From NCBI RefSeq assembly GCF_018977255.1, contig NW_024704742.1:78122001-78186000 (forward strand): a stretch of DNA of 64,000 nucleotides, given 5' to 3'. The notes below the pieces were generated by a model. The model made no database searches. It saw only the letters and a program-made list of their open reading frames with translations, and had not been told where the DNA came from. Shown piece by piece: positions 11,108 through 24,384 of the stretch. Each line of letters opens with the position of its first letter. Positions within the stretch are counted from its first letter, which is position 1. The stretch comes from Callorhinchus milii. Lineage: Eukaryota. The position numbers and the translations under genes are program-made.

Positions 11108-12619
11108 GTCAGTATCCATCCATATTAAAATGTATGTAATTAATTAGTTTCTACATCATTAAGCACCGCCTGCATGAGTCTGGTTCATTTGGTATTTGTT
11201 ATACAGTGGCTAATGATATGCTTCAATAAGTTTCAGAGTGGGTGTGCCTTGCAACTTTTATGTCAATTTCTTTTGAGATAGTTGATATCTTTGTCGCACT
11301 CTTTCCCGAGTAAGAAGGTTGTGGCCTGAATTGGAAAAAATAATCATTCATTTCATGTTTGTGGGACGTGCTTGTGTGCAAATTGGCTGCCATAATTGCT
11401 TACAGATCCTGTGTGACTACACTTTAAAATAAATCATTTAAAAAAATTCTTTGAGATGATTCTTTAATGTGATATGGTGCAAATCCGAGGATTGTTATCT
11501 TTATATATTCATTTGCTGTTTCTCTTCAAAACTATCAAAATACTACTCCAGCAAATATTAATTCTTGTACACAAGGATAGATAGAAAAATGAGTTGAAAA
11601 GTCTGAACTGTTTCCAGAAAGCTACACTGGGAGCACTGGAAAATTATATAAAACTGATATAATAAACTGATATAAAAACAAGGAGAAGGCAGATAAATAA
11701 GTACATCAGAATTCTGACCTGGGACTTACCCAGACTCTTTTACCTACTAATACATTATACTTTACAGTAAACCCTGTGATGTGTTGGGCCAATATTCAAA
11801 ATAAGTTTTGACTCGAGTATTATACAACTGCAGCAGCATCCCGTTAACCTTTTTATTGCTTTCTGTACCTAGTTTTTTAAGACATTACTTGCATCTCTCA
11901 ATTCCTTTGTTTGTCCGCCTCCCCCATCAAGCTATTTCCGTTTTTTTAATGTTGATTCAAATCTAAAATCAAAAATTCAATGCACTAAGATATTTAAAAA
12001 AGTCAGAGATTGCCAGATTGGTTATGATTTAGATTTATCAGCTGTCCAATACATGATAAATTTCCAGGGAGTAATAATAATAATAATCCCTTGCATTTGA
12101 TATAGCGCCTTGTCACGTCATTGAGATGTCTCATTGCACTTCACAGAATACACCTTAAAGTGAATTGATTGTATACTTAGTGTAGTACATTTGACATTGC
12201 ACCATTGCAAAGTTCATCAGTCAGAAAAACTGAACGTACATCATTCTTTGAATATGGTATCATTAAATCCGTATGGCGGTTAATTTTAGTTAAAATTGGA
12301 TTATTCTCCCTGATAATGTATCCCATTATCCTGGATATAATAATGTAGATTTCATAAGCTGTGTTACTATACTCATGAAAACACCAAAAGGAAAATATAT
12401 GGGGTCTAGCTACAGAATTTCATATTAAAGAATCGTTCTAGAAATCGTGCTGATCTGAGTGAATTCCACTCCAGAAACAGATTGCTTCGGAGTGTGACAC
12501 ACTTCTGGTTACCTGAAGAAGCCCCTGTTTGTGCAATTTGGATTTCTTATTAAAGAATCCCATAAAGAAATAATCCTGGAGTACATAGACTTTTTAAATA
12601 TACATATATATTCAACCTG

Positions 12620-13650
12620 CACTTCACCCTTCGACCTGCACTTCAACCCTCTTTCTCCATCTCCACCAACTTCTCTCTCTTCTCCCAACCTCTCCCTCCA
12701 CATCCACTCTGCCACCCATGTTTATGGGCACCCACTTGACCTAGTGATTACCCAGGGCCTCAGTGTTCTCGGACCTCACAATCACTGATAAAGCCATCTC
12801 AGATCAACAACAAAACAATTACATTTGTATAGCACCTTTCACGTCTGGAGGACATTCCAAGGCACTGGACAGTCAGAGTTTCGAACCTGAGCTGGGGTTT
12901 GGGATTGGAGAGGGTGGAGGGCAGGTGGGGGAAAAGGAGGGAGATCGAAAGCACAGTCAAAGAGAAGGGTTTTGAGATGGGTCTTGAAGGAGGCAAGGGA
13001 GGGGGCGAGGCGGAGGGACTGTTGGGTGGAGTCCCGAGGGTGGGGGCAGAATGGCTGAAGGCCTCCCTGCCAATAGTGGGGTGAGCGAGGTGGAGAACAT
13101 GAAGCAGGTCGGAGTCCATTGAGTGGAAGGAGCGAGCAGGATGGTAGGGGCTTAGGCAGTCGCAGAGGTAGGGTGGAGATCACCATATAATCTCCCTAAC
13201 TCCTCAATCCCTCTCCCCACCGCCACCCAATCCACCTCCATCTCCTACCGTCCCTGGAAAAGAATCTCCCCCCACTCCCGTTCCACTGCCCTGGAGTTGT
13301 CTGAACTCCTCCCCCGCTGGCCTACCTCCTGCACCGTTATCTTCCTTGGTCACTCTACTCCACAACTCCCTCTCCACCATTCTCGATGCACTTACGCCCC
13401 TCACCCCCCGAACCACCTCCTCACCCTGGTACACCAGCCACCTCCATTCACTCAAGAGTCAGGCTCGTGCCACTGAACGCACCTGGCTCAAATCTGATTT
13501 AATGGTTCTGGCTGGATCACATGAAAACTTACTGGTCCACCCTCGCCTCTGCTAAATGGTCCTTCCATTCCAAGGTAATCTTGGAGGCCAAGAACAACCC
13601 CAGGCTTCTCTTCTGCATTACCAACTGGCTCCTCCGTCAGCCTCTCTGCC
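12620..13650 (+). mobile_element. L2 ORF2 endonuclease-region fragment split by a second L2
   Basis: THVYGHPLDLVIT...ITDKAISD|HHII, then the PWYT region. Confidence 0.8.
12807..13176 (-). mobile_element. L2 3' end nested in L2, flanked by AGATCA repeats
   Basis: Tail TTGTTG and 3' UTR on the minus strand; AGATCA at 12801-12806 and 13177-13182. Confidence 0.85.
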
Positions 13651-13659
13651 CCCACCCTC

Positions 13660-13900
13660 TGTAACTCCATTCAACGTTCCCTTTGCCTCGCTTCCTCCCT
13701 TGCCTCCTTCAAGGCATGCCTCAAGACCCTCCTCTTCGACCATGCCTTCACCCACCCCCCTACCCACACCCTTTCCGCCCTCCACCCTCCCTGATCCTAA
13801 CCCCCCCTGCATGGGTCCTAATCCCTGACTGTTCAGCACCTTGGGACGTTCTCCCGACGTGAAACGTGCTTTACAAATGTAATTTTGTATTTTGTATTTG
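13660..13900 (+). mobile_element. L2 3' end
   Basis: CCTTGGGACGTTCTCCCGACGTGAAA tail hairpin. Confidence 0.8.
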
Positions 13901-14093
13901 TGTGTGTATATTATATAATCCTCAAAATCACTTTTATGTACCATTCAGTTGACCTTTCCATTTTTTAAGAAATACATGAGAATTAGAAATTCCTTGGTGC
14001 ACTGAAGAAAAGGTGACAAGATAATTCCAAATACTACATACTATAATGGTTCTGGACATTTAAAAAAAAAATTATTACTTTTCTGTCATGCAG

Positions 14094-14265
14094 GCTATCC
14101 TAAATGGATTTCTAGCTGAATTTTCAATAGGAGTGAAACAGTGTTCTGTAAATATTGTGGAAGCTGCTGTAGAGATTTACCATCGAATGAGTGTTGACTT
14201 ATTGCCTACACCTGCCAAGTCTCACTATGTTTTCAATCTGAGAGATTTGTCAAAGTGTATACAAG
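14094..14265 (+). CDS. DNAH6: DNAH6 exon 6
   Basis: tgcag|GCT...G|gtaag; AILNGFL...LLPTPAKSHYVFNLRDLSKCIQ; 172 nt. Confidence 0.96.
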
Positions 14266-14747
14266 GTAAGATGTTTTGTATCCTCCTGTTACATGAAAGC
14301 AAAGATCAGATAATATAAACTAGAATTAATTTGCTTTACTACTTTGTCTGTAAATCTGGATTTTTTTTGATTAATAGCTTTAAACAGCTTTTCAAGTGCT
14401 TCCTCCAGAAATTTTGTGGAATAATTCATGTCAAGGACATAATCTTCCACCTCCATTTCTGAGGGAGATGTACAGCCGTTATTATTAAAAAAAAATGCAA
14501 CGATGGTAGGTTTTTTTTCTGTTGAGTTGTACATTTATTGAACTCGATTCCCTTTTAATGGGGAAAATTCTGTTCGACATTTGGAATATTGGGGAAAGAT
14601 GCTAATGTCTCTCTGAATTGTTCCTGATTTCGAATAGGGCTTAAAACTTTTTATTTTGTTGAGTCGACATTTCTACTGCTTAATTTGTTTATTTTGTTTC
14701 CTGACATGAAAGTACTGTATGATTTCTCGTAGTGGTGTTTAGTAATC

Positions 14748-14900
14748 ATGGAACATACAGCACAGAAGGAAGCCATTTGGCCAATTGTGCCTATTCCAGT
14801 TCTTTGGAAGAGCTACCCAATCAGTCCCACTTCCCCGTTCTTTCCCCATACTCCTGCAGTTTTCCTTTTCAAGTAACTATCTAATTCCCTTTTGAAAGTT
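14748..14900 (-). mobile_element. CR1 LINE 3' end
   Basis: CATGGAACATACAGCACAGAAGGAAGCCATTTGGCC, typical of a CR1 tail read in reverse. Confidence 0.6.
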
Positions 14901-15218
14901 ACAGTAAAAATAAATTCTTTAAAGATAAAGGAATCTATGAACTAGCGATGGTTATGCAGTGGCATTTGAACTCCAGGCATATAAATGTACTACTGTTTTC
15001 CTGTGATTTTCACCCTAATCATTGAGATATGGAGTTCCGAATAGGCATCACAATGATCCAGCAACTTTTGCCTTATACCATGCAAAAAAGAGGAGGTTAC
15101 TTAAGTTAAAAACTTACATGAAATACAATTGTTTAGCTGTTGCTGCACAACACCGTAATCTGCGGCAATTTCCTTTGATTCCCAGCTTTCCTTTCTACTC
15201 CACAAAAAGATCGCTTTT

Positions 15219-15865
15219 TGCCACCTCTATCACATTGCTTGCCTCCGATCGACCTCACAACCAACGCAGCCATAACTCTCGTCCACACGTTCGTCTCTTC
15301 CCAGCCAAACTATTCCAATGCCCTCCTCGCTGGTCTCCCCAACGCCACCTTTCACAAAATTCAACTAATTCAAAACTCCGCTGCCTGGATTCTCACCTGC
15401 ACAAAACTCAATACCGCCATCACACCAGTCATTGTCAGGCTTCATTGGTTCCCAATTACCGAACGGATCGATTTCAAGATCCTTTCACTCTTTTTTAAAT
15501 CCCTTCATGCCCTCACATTTCCTTACCTATCCCATCTGCTTACCCTCCACTCCACCACCCGCTGCCTACGCTCAACCCCCTCTGGCCTCCTGTTTGTCCC
15601 TTGTCCTCTCCGCTCCACCATCAGTGGCTGTGCCTTCAACCACTATGCCCCAAATCTCTGGAACTCTCTCCCTTGATTCTTCCGCCTTGCTGCTTCCCTC
15701 CTCCATTCAAATCCCGCCTAAAGACCTTCCTTTTTGATCGTGCTTATAGTCATGTCCCCCCTCCCTCTTCACCTGGCTTGGCGTCAGATTTTGCCACTGT
15801 CAAGAGCTTCAGGACGCCATCCCGGGTGAAGGTCACAAAATAAATGCAAGTCCTTGTTTTTATTG
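15219..15865 (+). mobile_element. L2 LINE 3' fragment (older subfamily)
   Basis: IQLIQNSAAWIL...ITPVIVRLHWFPITERIDFKIL...APNLWNSLP. Confidence 0.85.
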
Positions 15866-16108
15866 TTACTGAGACAAATTAACCTGTGCTTTTCGTAGAG
15901 TGGATTAAATAATTGCGGGAAAATGTTTTTTGCTTGGGTGCACAGACCCACAAAGATATCCATGCAATATTTGTACTTTTGGGAAAGATCTTTATTACTT
16001 ATTCTTAACTTATGCTTAATGTTATGAGCGATTTGGAAGAAGGAGACTCATGGAATCTCATCTGAGAAAACAACCTTACCATTTTCTCAAGACAAAATTT
16101 GGGGCTTT

Positions 16109-16237
16109 CTCACTCACTCACTCACTCACTCACTCACTCACTCACTCACTCACTCACTCACTCACTCACTCACTCACTCACTCACTCACTCACTCACTCA
16201 CTCACTCACTCACTCACTCACTCACTCACTCATTCAC
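16109..16237. repeat. (CTCA)n tetranucleotide microsatellite, about 31 units
   Basis: Seen directly; source of the spurious SLTH-repeat ORFs. Confidence 0.98.
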
Positions 16238-16369
16238 GGCGGATCTCACATAGAATTAAACAGAACATTACAAAATGGAAACAGACCATTTGGTCCCCTT
16301 GTCTATACCTTTGTTTATCCTTCATCCCTCCTTTTCCCTGCTCTTATACCCCTCTATTCCTTTCTTTCT

Positions 16370-16791
16370 CACTGGCTTCCCGTCACATAGAGGATACAGT
16401 TCAAGATCCTGGTCCTCACCTTCAAAGCCCTCCATGGCCTCGCTGCCCCTTCCTTTTTGACCTCCTAAACCCCCTACCAACCTGCCCGCTCCCTCCGGGC
16501 TGTTTCACGTCCCACCCATCGCCCTCCCCACCATTGTCGGACGGGCCTTCTGCCACTCTACCCGTACCCTCTGGAACTCCATCCCGCATTCCCTCTGCCT
16601 TGCCCCCTCCCTTGCCTCCTTCAAGACCCATCTCAAGACCCTCCTTTTTGACCGTGCTTTCGATCATACTCCTCCCCCTGTCCTCCACCCACCCCGACCC
16701 CCAGCTCAGGTCTGTAACACTGACTGTCCAGCGCCGTGGGATGTCCTCCCAATGTGAAAAGCGCTATACAAATGTAATTTTGTTGCTGTTG
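16370..16791 (+). mobile_element. L2 3' fragment
   Basis: CACTGGCTTCCC...TTCAAGATCCT...tail TTGTTGCTGTTG. Confidence 0.85.
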
Positions 16792-17003
16792 TATGCATCA
16801 ATATTACACTTAAATACATTTATGCTTTCTTCATCAACCCCAGCTTTCAGCAATGGGTTCCACATACTCACTATTTCACTGCATCTTACTGGATATCTTA
16901 TGTTTACTGTGGTGCTTTTTGACATGCAGTATATCTTATTTTGTTCTAATAAATATAGGACCAAACTGCATTCATTGAATTGAATGTTTGCTTTTGATTT
17001 CAG

Positions 17004-17150
17004 GAATTCTTCAGTGTAACCCTGGTACAGTGAGGGATGAAAACCAAATTTTTAGACTTTTCTGCCATGAATGTCAACGCGTCTTCCATGATCGTTTAAT
17101 CAACAATGAAGACAAATATTATTTTAATAACATGTTAGCTGAAATGGCCA
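17004..17150 (+). CDS. DNAH6: DNAH6 exon 7
   Basis: ttcag|GA...A|gtaag; GILQCNPG...RLFCHECQRVFHDRLINNEDK...EMA; 147 nt, phase 1-1. Confidence 0.95.
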
Positions 17151-17749
17151 GTAAGACTTACTACATATTCACTGCTTTATTGTTCTAACAGTAACAATGA
17201 TACGCAACAATCCTTGCTTTGCATCATAAAATATATTTGTTTTAGCATTTATTGATGTGTCCTTAATATGTGCCATCATCCAGTATATGCCTGTAATCAA
17301 CATAGGCTGATTTTTAAGTTTTATTTTGACCAAATGCTTTTGTTAATTTGCATTATAGTTTTGGGTGGATATGTAACCTTCTTGCACTATTAATCTCAGA
17401 CTCCCACTCTATTTGATAGTGAGTCTAATTATATTACCATTACTGTCATCCAAATGGACTTCTACCTTTGCATTACTTACTCTGTAGAACTCTGTAGAAC
17501 AAAGTCTAAAACTGTGTTTTGAATACTTAACTAAGAGTTCTTGTTGTAACTGAATGAAATATAACATTTAATTATTGGTTCAGGGAAAATTGTATTGCAT
17601 TGTGAGCTATTTCCTAGTACAGTATCACCAATTCCTTAGCTTATAAATAGTGTGGAACTTATGAACATGTATTATCTTATATTTTAGTTGTTGAAAAGTT
17701 AAGGATTCAGTTCATAGATCTTGGTGAAAGTTAATTTTTGAGAGCAACA

Positions 17750-18145
17750 TATATTCAACTTCAAGATCCTCACTCAAGTGTTTAAATCCCTCCATTCCTT
17801 GGCACCCCCCCTATCTCTCTAACTTCCTCTCTCCCCACATCAGTACCCACTGCCTCCGCTTTACTGGGTCTGGTCTCCTCAATGTCCCCCGAATCCTCCG
17901 CTCCACCATTAGCGACCGTGCCTTCAGCCACTACACCCCGAAACTTTGGAACTCCCTCCCTCAGCCCTTTCACCTCGCCTCCTCATTCCCCATCTTCAGG
18001 TCGTGCCTGAAGAACTTACTTTTCGACCGTGCCTCTGGTCACCTACCCCCTCCCCCTGGCTCGGCCTTGGGCTCCACCATTGTTAAATGCTCTGAAACAC
18101 CACCTGGCATAGAGGGCGCTATATAGGTGCAAGTTGTTGTTGATG
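17750..18145 (+). mobile_element. L2 3' fragment (older subfamily)
   Basis: TTCAAGATCCTC...TGGAACTCCCTCCC...GCAAGTTGTTGTTG. Confidence 0.8.
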
Positions 18146-18290
18146 ATCCACAGCATTGATGTAGTCTATTTGAAGAAATTTACCTATAGGATATTCATTT
18201 TAAAAGTGTGAACTGGATAAAGTGTATGAAGGACATTGTATAAGTTTTATCGTGAAATTGTTGCTAATATCCTTTTTTCTTTTTGAAAAG

Positions 18291-18364
18291 ACAAACACTT
18301 CGGAGTCCACTTGGAATCGGATTATTTTATGAAAACCCCCATTATTTTTGGAGACTTCATGAAG
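18291..18364 (+). CDS. DNAH6: DNAH6 exon 8
   Basis: aaaag|AC...AAG|gtgata; NKHFGVHLESDYFMKTPIIFGDFMK; 74 nt, restores phase 0. Confidence 0.9.
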
Positions 18365-18689
18365 GTGATAAACACATCAAGCTTTATTACATCAAAGATA
18401 TATTGTTGAAAAAAACATTCATTCTGTCACATGTTGTCCTCTATATGGAAGTAGTAATTGATTTCTACATAAATAATTGATAAAATAGTGACATAGCAGA
18501 CAATTCTTATATAATACTTATACAATTAAGTGTATTCCAATATACATGACATTCAGGTGTAAAGTTCTCCCAAATCAACTTATTTGTTTCTCACAGTAAT
18601 TTTGGAGACTTCTAGAAGGTGATATTTTTCATCAAGCTTTATTAATGTCAAACATATATTGTTGAAAAAAATATTATTCTGTCTCGGTA

Positions 18690-19060
18690 CTGTGTTCCTC
18701 ACAGTGCAGAGACAGCCCTGATCAAAGTCACAAATGCCATTCTCCATCTGTGACCAGGGCTCTCTTTGCCTCTTTGTCCTTTTTGATGTCTCTGCCACCT
18801 TCGACACTATCGACCATTCTGTTCTTCTTCATTTTCAGGATTCTGTCCTTGCCTAGTTTCACCCTTACTTATCCCCAAATCTTCATTGTGTATTTAGTAA
18901 CATCTCTCCTCCCACCCTTGTACCATCATGTGTGGAGTTCCTCAGGGATCTATGTTCAGTCCTCTCCACTTTATTATTGTTATTATTCTGCTCGGTGATG
19001 TCATCCACTACATGGGGTTAACTTCCACATATGCAGATGCCACTCAACTCTACCTCTCTG
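18690..19060 (+). mobile_element. Degenerate L2 reverse transcriptase fragment
   Basis: ETALIKV, CGVPQGS, YADATQLYLS remnants. Confidence 0.75.
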
Positions 19061-19380
19061 AGAGGAGAATTTCTCTCAGGATCTTGCCTATAACCCTTGA
19101 GGTAGATTGGTTATTTTGGTCTTTTTTGTGCACATCGGCTTCCACGTTCAACAGCAGTTCCCCATGACACACTTTAAGACGTTTCAACGTTTTTGGTGCT
19201 GCATCAAATATAAGAATTATTAAGAACATTTCCATTCTAATTGATATTTTATTACACTATAACATAAGCAGAGAAACCTTTTAATAGAAAGGTTGACTGG
19301 CTCTAATGTCTCAGTACGCGCATTACAAAGTGTGAGAAAATAGCCAGCTTTTGAGTCATCAGGTCATCTGTGTTTTTCAG

Positions 19381-19535
19381 ATTGGAGCGGAGAAATCAGA
19401 ACGATATTATGAAGATCTTCTCAATTTTGAAAAAATTAGATCTACACTACAGGACTATTTAGATGACTACAACATGACAAATTCCAAGGAGATGAAGCTG
19501 GTTTTCTTTCAAGATGCTGTTGAACATGTCGCCAG
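19381..19535 (+). CDS. DNAH6: DNAH6 exon 9
   Basis: ttcag|ATT...AG|gtgct; IGAEKSERYYED...LQDYLDDYN...MKLVFFQDAVEHVAR; 155 nt. Confidence 0.95.
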
Positions 19536-21054
19536 GTGCTGTTCTATATTTTTAGAGTCAATTAGTTCTTTGTTTACTTTTTATGACAATGTAGGAGTTG
19601 CTTCTCTGTTCTGATTTATTTAAATTTTAAAGCAATCAAAGGTGTGAATCATTGGAACCAAAGAGAATGGAACCACAGAAATTCGAAACACAGAAGTAGA
19701 TCGTTTGACCTATTATTCCTGTATTCACTTCCTGAAAGAGTTTGCCATTCTCTTGTTTTTATGCCATATCCTTTTATATTTCTCCTTTTCACATATTTAT
19801 CAAATTCCTTTTTTTCTATTGGACAGTTTTCCCATAGAAGAAGATAAGAATCAGATTTTACCATCAGATTTTAGAGACGTAAACTTCTACAAATACATGG
19901 CCCCATTATAACGTAGTGTGTTGACATGCAAAACAATTAGACACTGTGTAATGAGAAAATCTGTGTACTGGTCTTGCTTCTTGGTTATCAGATTATTATT
20001 GATGTTACTTTTGGCTTCTAATATGGACCTGCCGGCTTCCTGCGCATTCTTGGAAGAACAAAAAATGATGCAGCTCAGAAGACTGATATCGCTATTTTTC
20101 CTTGTAAAATTGAATTAACACTAATGGGATTATAGTCTCCCTCGATTGCTGCGAGGAGCCTAAGTGAAATGAATTGGACAGTCTCAAACTAGCACCCATT
20201 AGTTGCAAGTGCACAGCAGAATTCAGAACAAATTGGTACAAAATAATCTGAGTGGTTGCAAAGATGATGGGTGCAGAAAGCAGAAAAAGTTCACAGTGTG
20301 GATGCATTGGAGTTATTTTAAGGCTCAGGTTAACAAACACCGAGTGTAGCAAATTTTCAAATGAGAAATCACATCAGAAGCCAACATTGCAATTTACCAC
20401 ATTCGATCAGAGCAGTATGACCAGTGTCAAAATGGTTTTACTACTGAAGTGAATGCTTGAATAGATGGCAGTCTGCTAAACCTAGGACAAATAGATATGT
20501 CATGAACTCTAAACTGGACTAACAAATAGAAAACAAAATCTACCCAATCAATGAATTGAGAGGTTTATATGAACTTAACATATAGATATTAGTTATTGTG
20601 ATTAATAAAATAATATTGCCTTGAGTTATTTCTCAATGTACTGAAAAAAGATTGCATGGATGGTTACTGTAGCAAAGCTATATATAAAATGAGTAATTTT
20701 AGATGCTAAAATAGAATACTCTTTAAAATGTATTAAATTTGACATGTGTAACCCAAAAGGACGTTCCTAGTGGCTTACATAATAATTTTAAAGATCACTT
20801 CCATAAAATAAACCATATTGTAGTTTACACCACACTGTTGCAATAACATTCTGATTAATAGTTTTTTTTCTATGTTAGAACTTCTATAAATATCGTCATC
20901 ATGATTTAAATGGATTTAGGAATGGCTCATGCTTTGTGTAACATTATATTCAGGAGATTATAATTGATGATTTATGTTTAGAAAGTGGGAGGAAAGATTA
21001 CAAGTGCATGGAAAACCTAAGTGTATACATAGTCATTCGAGTAATAGAGTAATT

Positions 21055-21440
21055 TCATAAGAATTTGCTAGGCAAAAGAAGACCAAGGTCCATCTTGTTT
21101 GCCCTCCACCATCCTTGCAGTCATTTGACATATCATGTTCCAAACTATAGATTGTATCCCGAGATATTATTTTCGAGCAGAAATCTATCTAATTTGTCTT
21201 TGAAACAAATAAAATTTTCTGCTTCCACTGTCCCCCTGGGAAGCCTGTACCATAAGTTTACTGCTCTCTCACTGAAGTAGTTTTTATGCCAGTTTGTTTT
21301 GAATTTACCCTCCTTCAGTCATAGGCCATGTCCTCTGGTTCTACTGTTCAGTACAAGATAAAATAGCTTGTCATGGTCTAGATTATCTATTCCCTTCAGA
21401 ATCTTAAAGACCGTCATCATATTGCCCCTGATCCCATACA
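21055..21440 (-). mobile_element. CR1 LINE 3' fragment
   Basis: Reverse strand shows RTRGH.LK-like ORF2 end and a CR1-type tail. Confidence 0.6.
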
Positions 21441-21918
21441 GTCCTGTCAAAATTGGTTTAGTTAAGGGTAGATTTATTTTCATATCAGAAAATTATTAAC
21501 ACGCATGTGTTGCTTATATTTATTTTAAAAAATCTAGATGTAAAATTATTTGCTTTATTTCCAAATGTGTAATGAAAACTTTACATTTCTGTTTGGCTCA
21601 TTGTTCTCACATAATTCATGAGATGTTGCACCACATACTGGGAACAAAAGACTGTTAAAAAGTTAAGTCCAGAAAATAACATGCTTGACAGCATCATTTC
21701 AGATGGTTCTTTAGGGTTAACATAAGGAAGAAAAACATTGTAACCAATAGAGAACATAAGGATTAAGAATAAATAAATCAACTACTGTAATAAGCAATTG
21801 AGACCAATCTGGATGTGATTGCAGGCAAATTACAAAGTAAATACATTTCCTGATATTTTTAAGAAATTATGGTTGAAAATAAGAATGCCATATAAATAAA
21901 TGTACTCTCACTTTACAG

Positions 21919-22150
21919 AATCGCCCGTATGATTCGTCAAGAAAGAGGAAATGCACTACTTGTTGGTGTTGGAGGTACAGGGAAACAGTCGCTCACACGA
22001 TTGGCAGCTCACATATGTGTTTACAGGTGTTTTCAAATTGAACTCAGCCGTGGTTATAACTATGAAACATTCCATGATGATTTGCGAAACCTTTTTAAAA
22101 TGGCTGGAGTTGAAGGGAATGATATGGTATTTCTCTTTACTGACACACAG
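21919..22150 (+). CDS. DNAH6: DNAH6 exon 10, AAA4 P-loop (GVGGTGKQ)
   Basis: tacag|A ATC...CAG|gtacg; IARMIRQERGNALLVGVGGTGKQSLTRLAAH...VFLFTDTQ; 232 nt. Confidence 0.97.
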
Positions 22151-22559
22151 GTACGGAATTGAAATATCAGTAATTTTGTTTCAGTGAGTAAAAGTATTGA
22201 TATACTGTGAATTAAAGTCCAGTTTAAAGTCTTCCTCCAGTCAAGACATTTGTCTGCATAGGCCTACTATTAAGATGCATGCATGGAAGTCAGAGAAGAT
22301 TCTGATTGTCCTGCTTTGGCACATTTTATAGCACTGTTGTTGTTGGGAAGTTACAGTAAATAATGGACAAAGTCTAATTTCATGTCAGGGATTGTCTGCT
22401 CACATCTATGATGTGGACTTGTCAAACTTCAGTGTCTCAGCCTTTAATGTTTTTTTTATCCAATGTAAGATGTCAAAATTGCAGTATCTTAGTTATCCTG
22501 ATGCTTGAGTAGCTTTGCTGCTGGAATATTGATATCTTTTCAAAGTCCCACTGCATGAG

Positions 22560-22775
22560 CTAATGATTTATACAATATGGAGACAGGAGAGTCACTAGAC
22601 CTGTCAACGTTAGGGGGTGGGAGTGTGGAAGGGGACATGGGGGAAGAGGAGGATGCAGCCAAGCAGATGTTTTCAATCTTTGAGAAGAAATAGTTCAGGA
22701 CAGCTTCGCACTTGTCATTGGACATGAGGAAATAAAGAGTTTTGAGCTTCAACCAAGCAGTGACTGATACTATTA
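22560..22775 (-). mobile_element. Degenerate L2 internal fragment
   Basis: KCEAVLNYFFSKIENI resembles the L2 ORF2 linker. Confidence 0.55.
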
Positions 22776-24219
22776 TTTCTCAAAGAATGAGTTTGCAGCA
22801 AATCGGTGAAAGATACAATATACGTAATTAGTCTTAGCAAAATGGGTCCTGATAATATGGTGCAGCATGTCAACAAGCACTGTACAATAGCGATTTTACA
22901 ATGGTGTAGCTGATAGTTAAGAAGTTCACACTAGATGTCTTAAAACTCATCTTTACAAGTGGGTTCTCCAGTGTGAGATCATTCTTTCTGTGTCTTTTGG
23001 TCACTAAGTATAGTTATATGGGATGTCCTCCCGACGCGAAAGCCGCTCTATAAATGGAATCTTGTTGTTGTTTTTAACAGATAGGGTTGATCAATCCATG
23101 GAACTGTAAAACCTTAAATAACTGACACAGCAGGAAGTCATTTGATGCATTGAATTAATGTTTGATCTGCAAATAAAGCCATCTATCCAAATCTCAATTT
23201 CCTTCTCTTTTCCTCTATTAAATTAAATAATAATCCTTGCATTGAATGTAGTGCCTTTCACGTTGGGTGAATGTTTCAAAGTGCTTCACAGGATTTACTG
23301 CAAAGCATAGTGACTATATTTTGTAGGTCTAAATTTCTATGGTGCTATGGTTTTAGTCTGTGGGAATAAGAAGGCAGGGTTAACATTAGATATTAGTCCT
23401 ATATTTTGTTTGTCTGGGTGCAAGATTAAACATAAAACTGGTTGTTTATAGTACAGCTTGGTGGGGAAGCAGCTTGGTTTGAATATTCAAAGAACCTCAT
23501 GATTATTTCAAGTGAGACAAGGGTTAGAAAGCGAAGTATAGATATTGGACTCAGCCAAAAAAAATTAGCATGTAATAAAGAATGTTGAATTATTTATACT
23601 GCAGTAGGTAGTGATACAAAACTTACATCAGTATTCACTGAAGCATGTACTGTGCTGCACAACCAAATGAAAACTAGAAAATAACATTTGAAAAATGGCA
23701 CAAACATAGTTGAAAAAGAACGTTAAAGCAATATAGTAATCAATTCCTGAAACCTTCGAACAAACATTATGTTAATCTACAAGAAAATACCTGCAGGTGG
23801 TTATCAAAATTGGAATCTGATTACACTAAGTGCTGATTTGTCAAGTTATTCTTGTAAATCAAAAGTCATTTTAGTTGTTTTTTTATTTTGGAATGTGCGA
23901 ACTGTACTCTATGATCATATCGCAATCTACAAGCCATTAGCAAATCCAGAAGTCAATGGGGTAAATGGGATAGCAATATACCTTTAGGAAGGTCTTTACA
24001 TGAGGAAATTATTCACTTTACATTTATTTCCCATGCCATGTATCAAGTGTACCTTTCCGATATGTTATCTCCGTTCTCAGTTGTCGGCCTCAGACAACCC
24101 TGTGTATCATCTGGTGTCTGTTAAGAAGTTATCACCTTTAATTTTGCTTTTGTTGAACTTGCTAGTGAAACTTCAAGAAGGACTGGTTTAAGTAAAATAC
24201 CTTTGTAAGATTCTTGATG

Positions 24220-24355
24220 CTACCCCCCTTCCCCTCCCCTCCCTTCTCCCTCCCTGACCCCAACTCAGGTCTGAAATGCTGTACACTGTCCAGTGCCTTG
24301 GGACGTCCTCCCGACATGAAAGGTGCTATACAAATGTAATCTTGTTGTTGTTGCT
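24220..24355 (+). mobile_element. L2 3' end
   Basis: GTGCCTTGGGACGTCCTCCCGACATGAAAGGTGC...TTGTTGTTG. Confidence 0.8.
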
Positions 24356-24384
24356 GGAAACACAAAATGACCTCCTAGTGTTCT

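Noticed and set aside
16099..16983. 294-aa ORF, the longest in the track
   Set aside because: Made of a CTCA microsatellite plus off-frame L2 sequence; no coherent protein.
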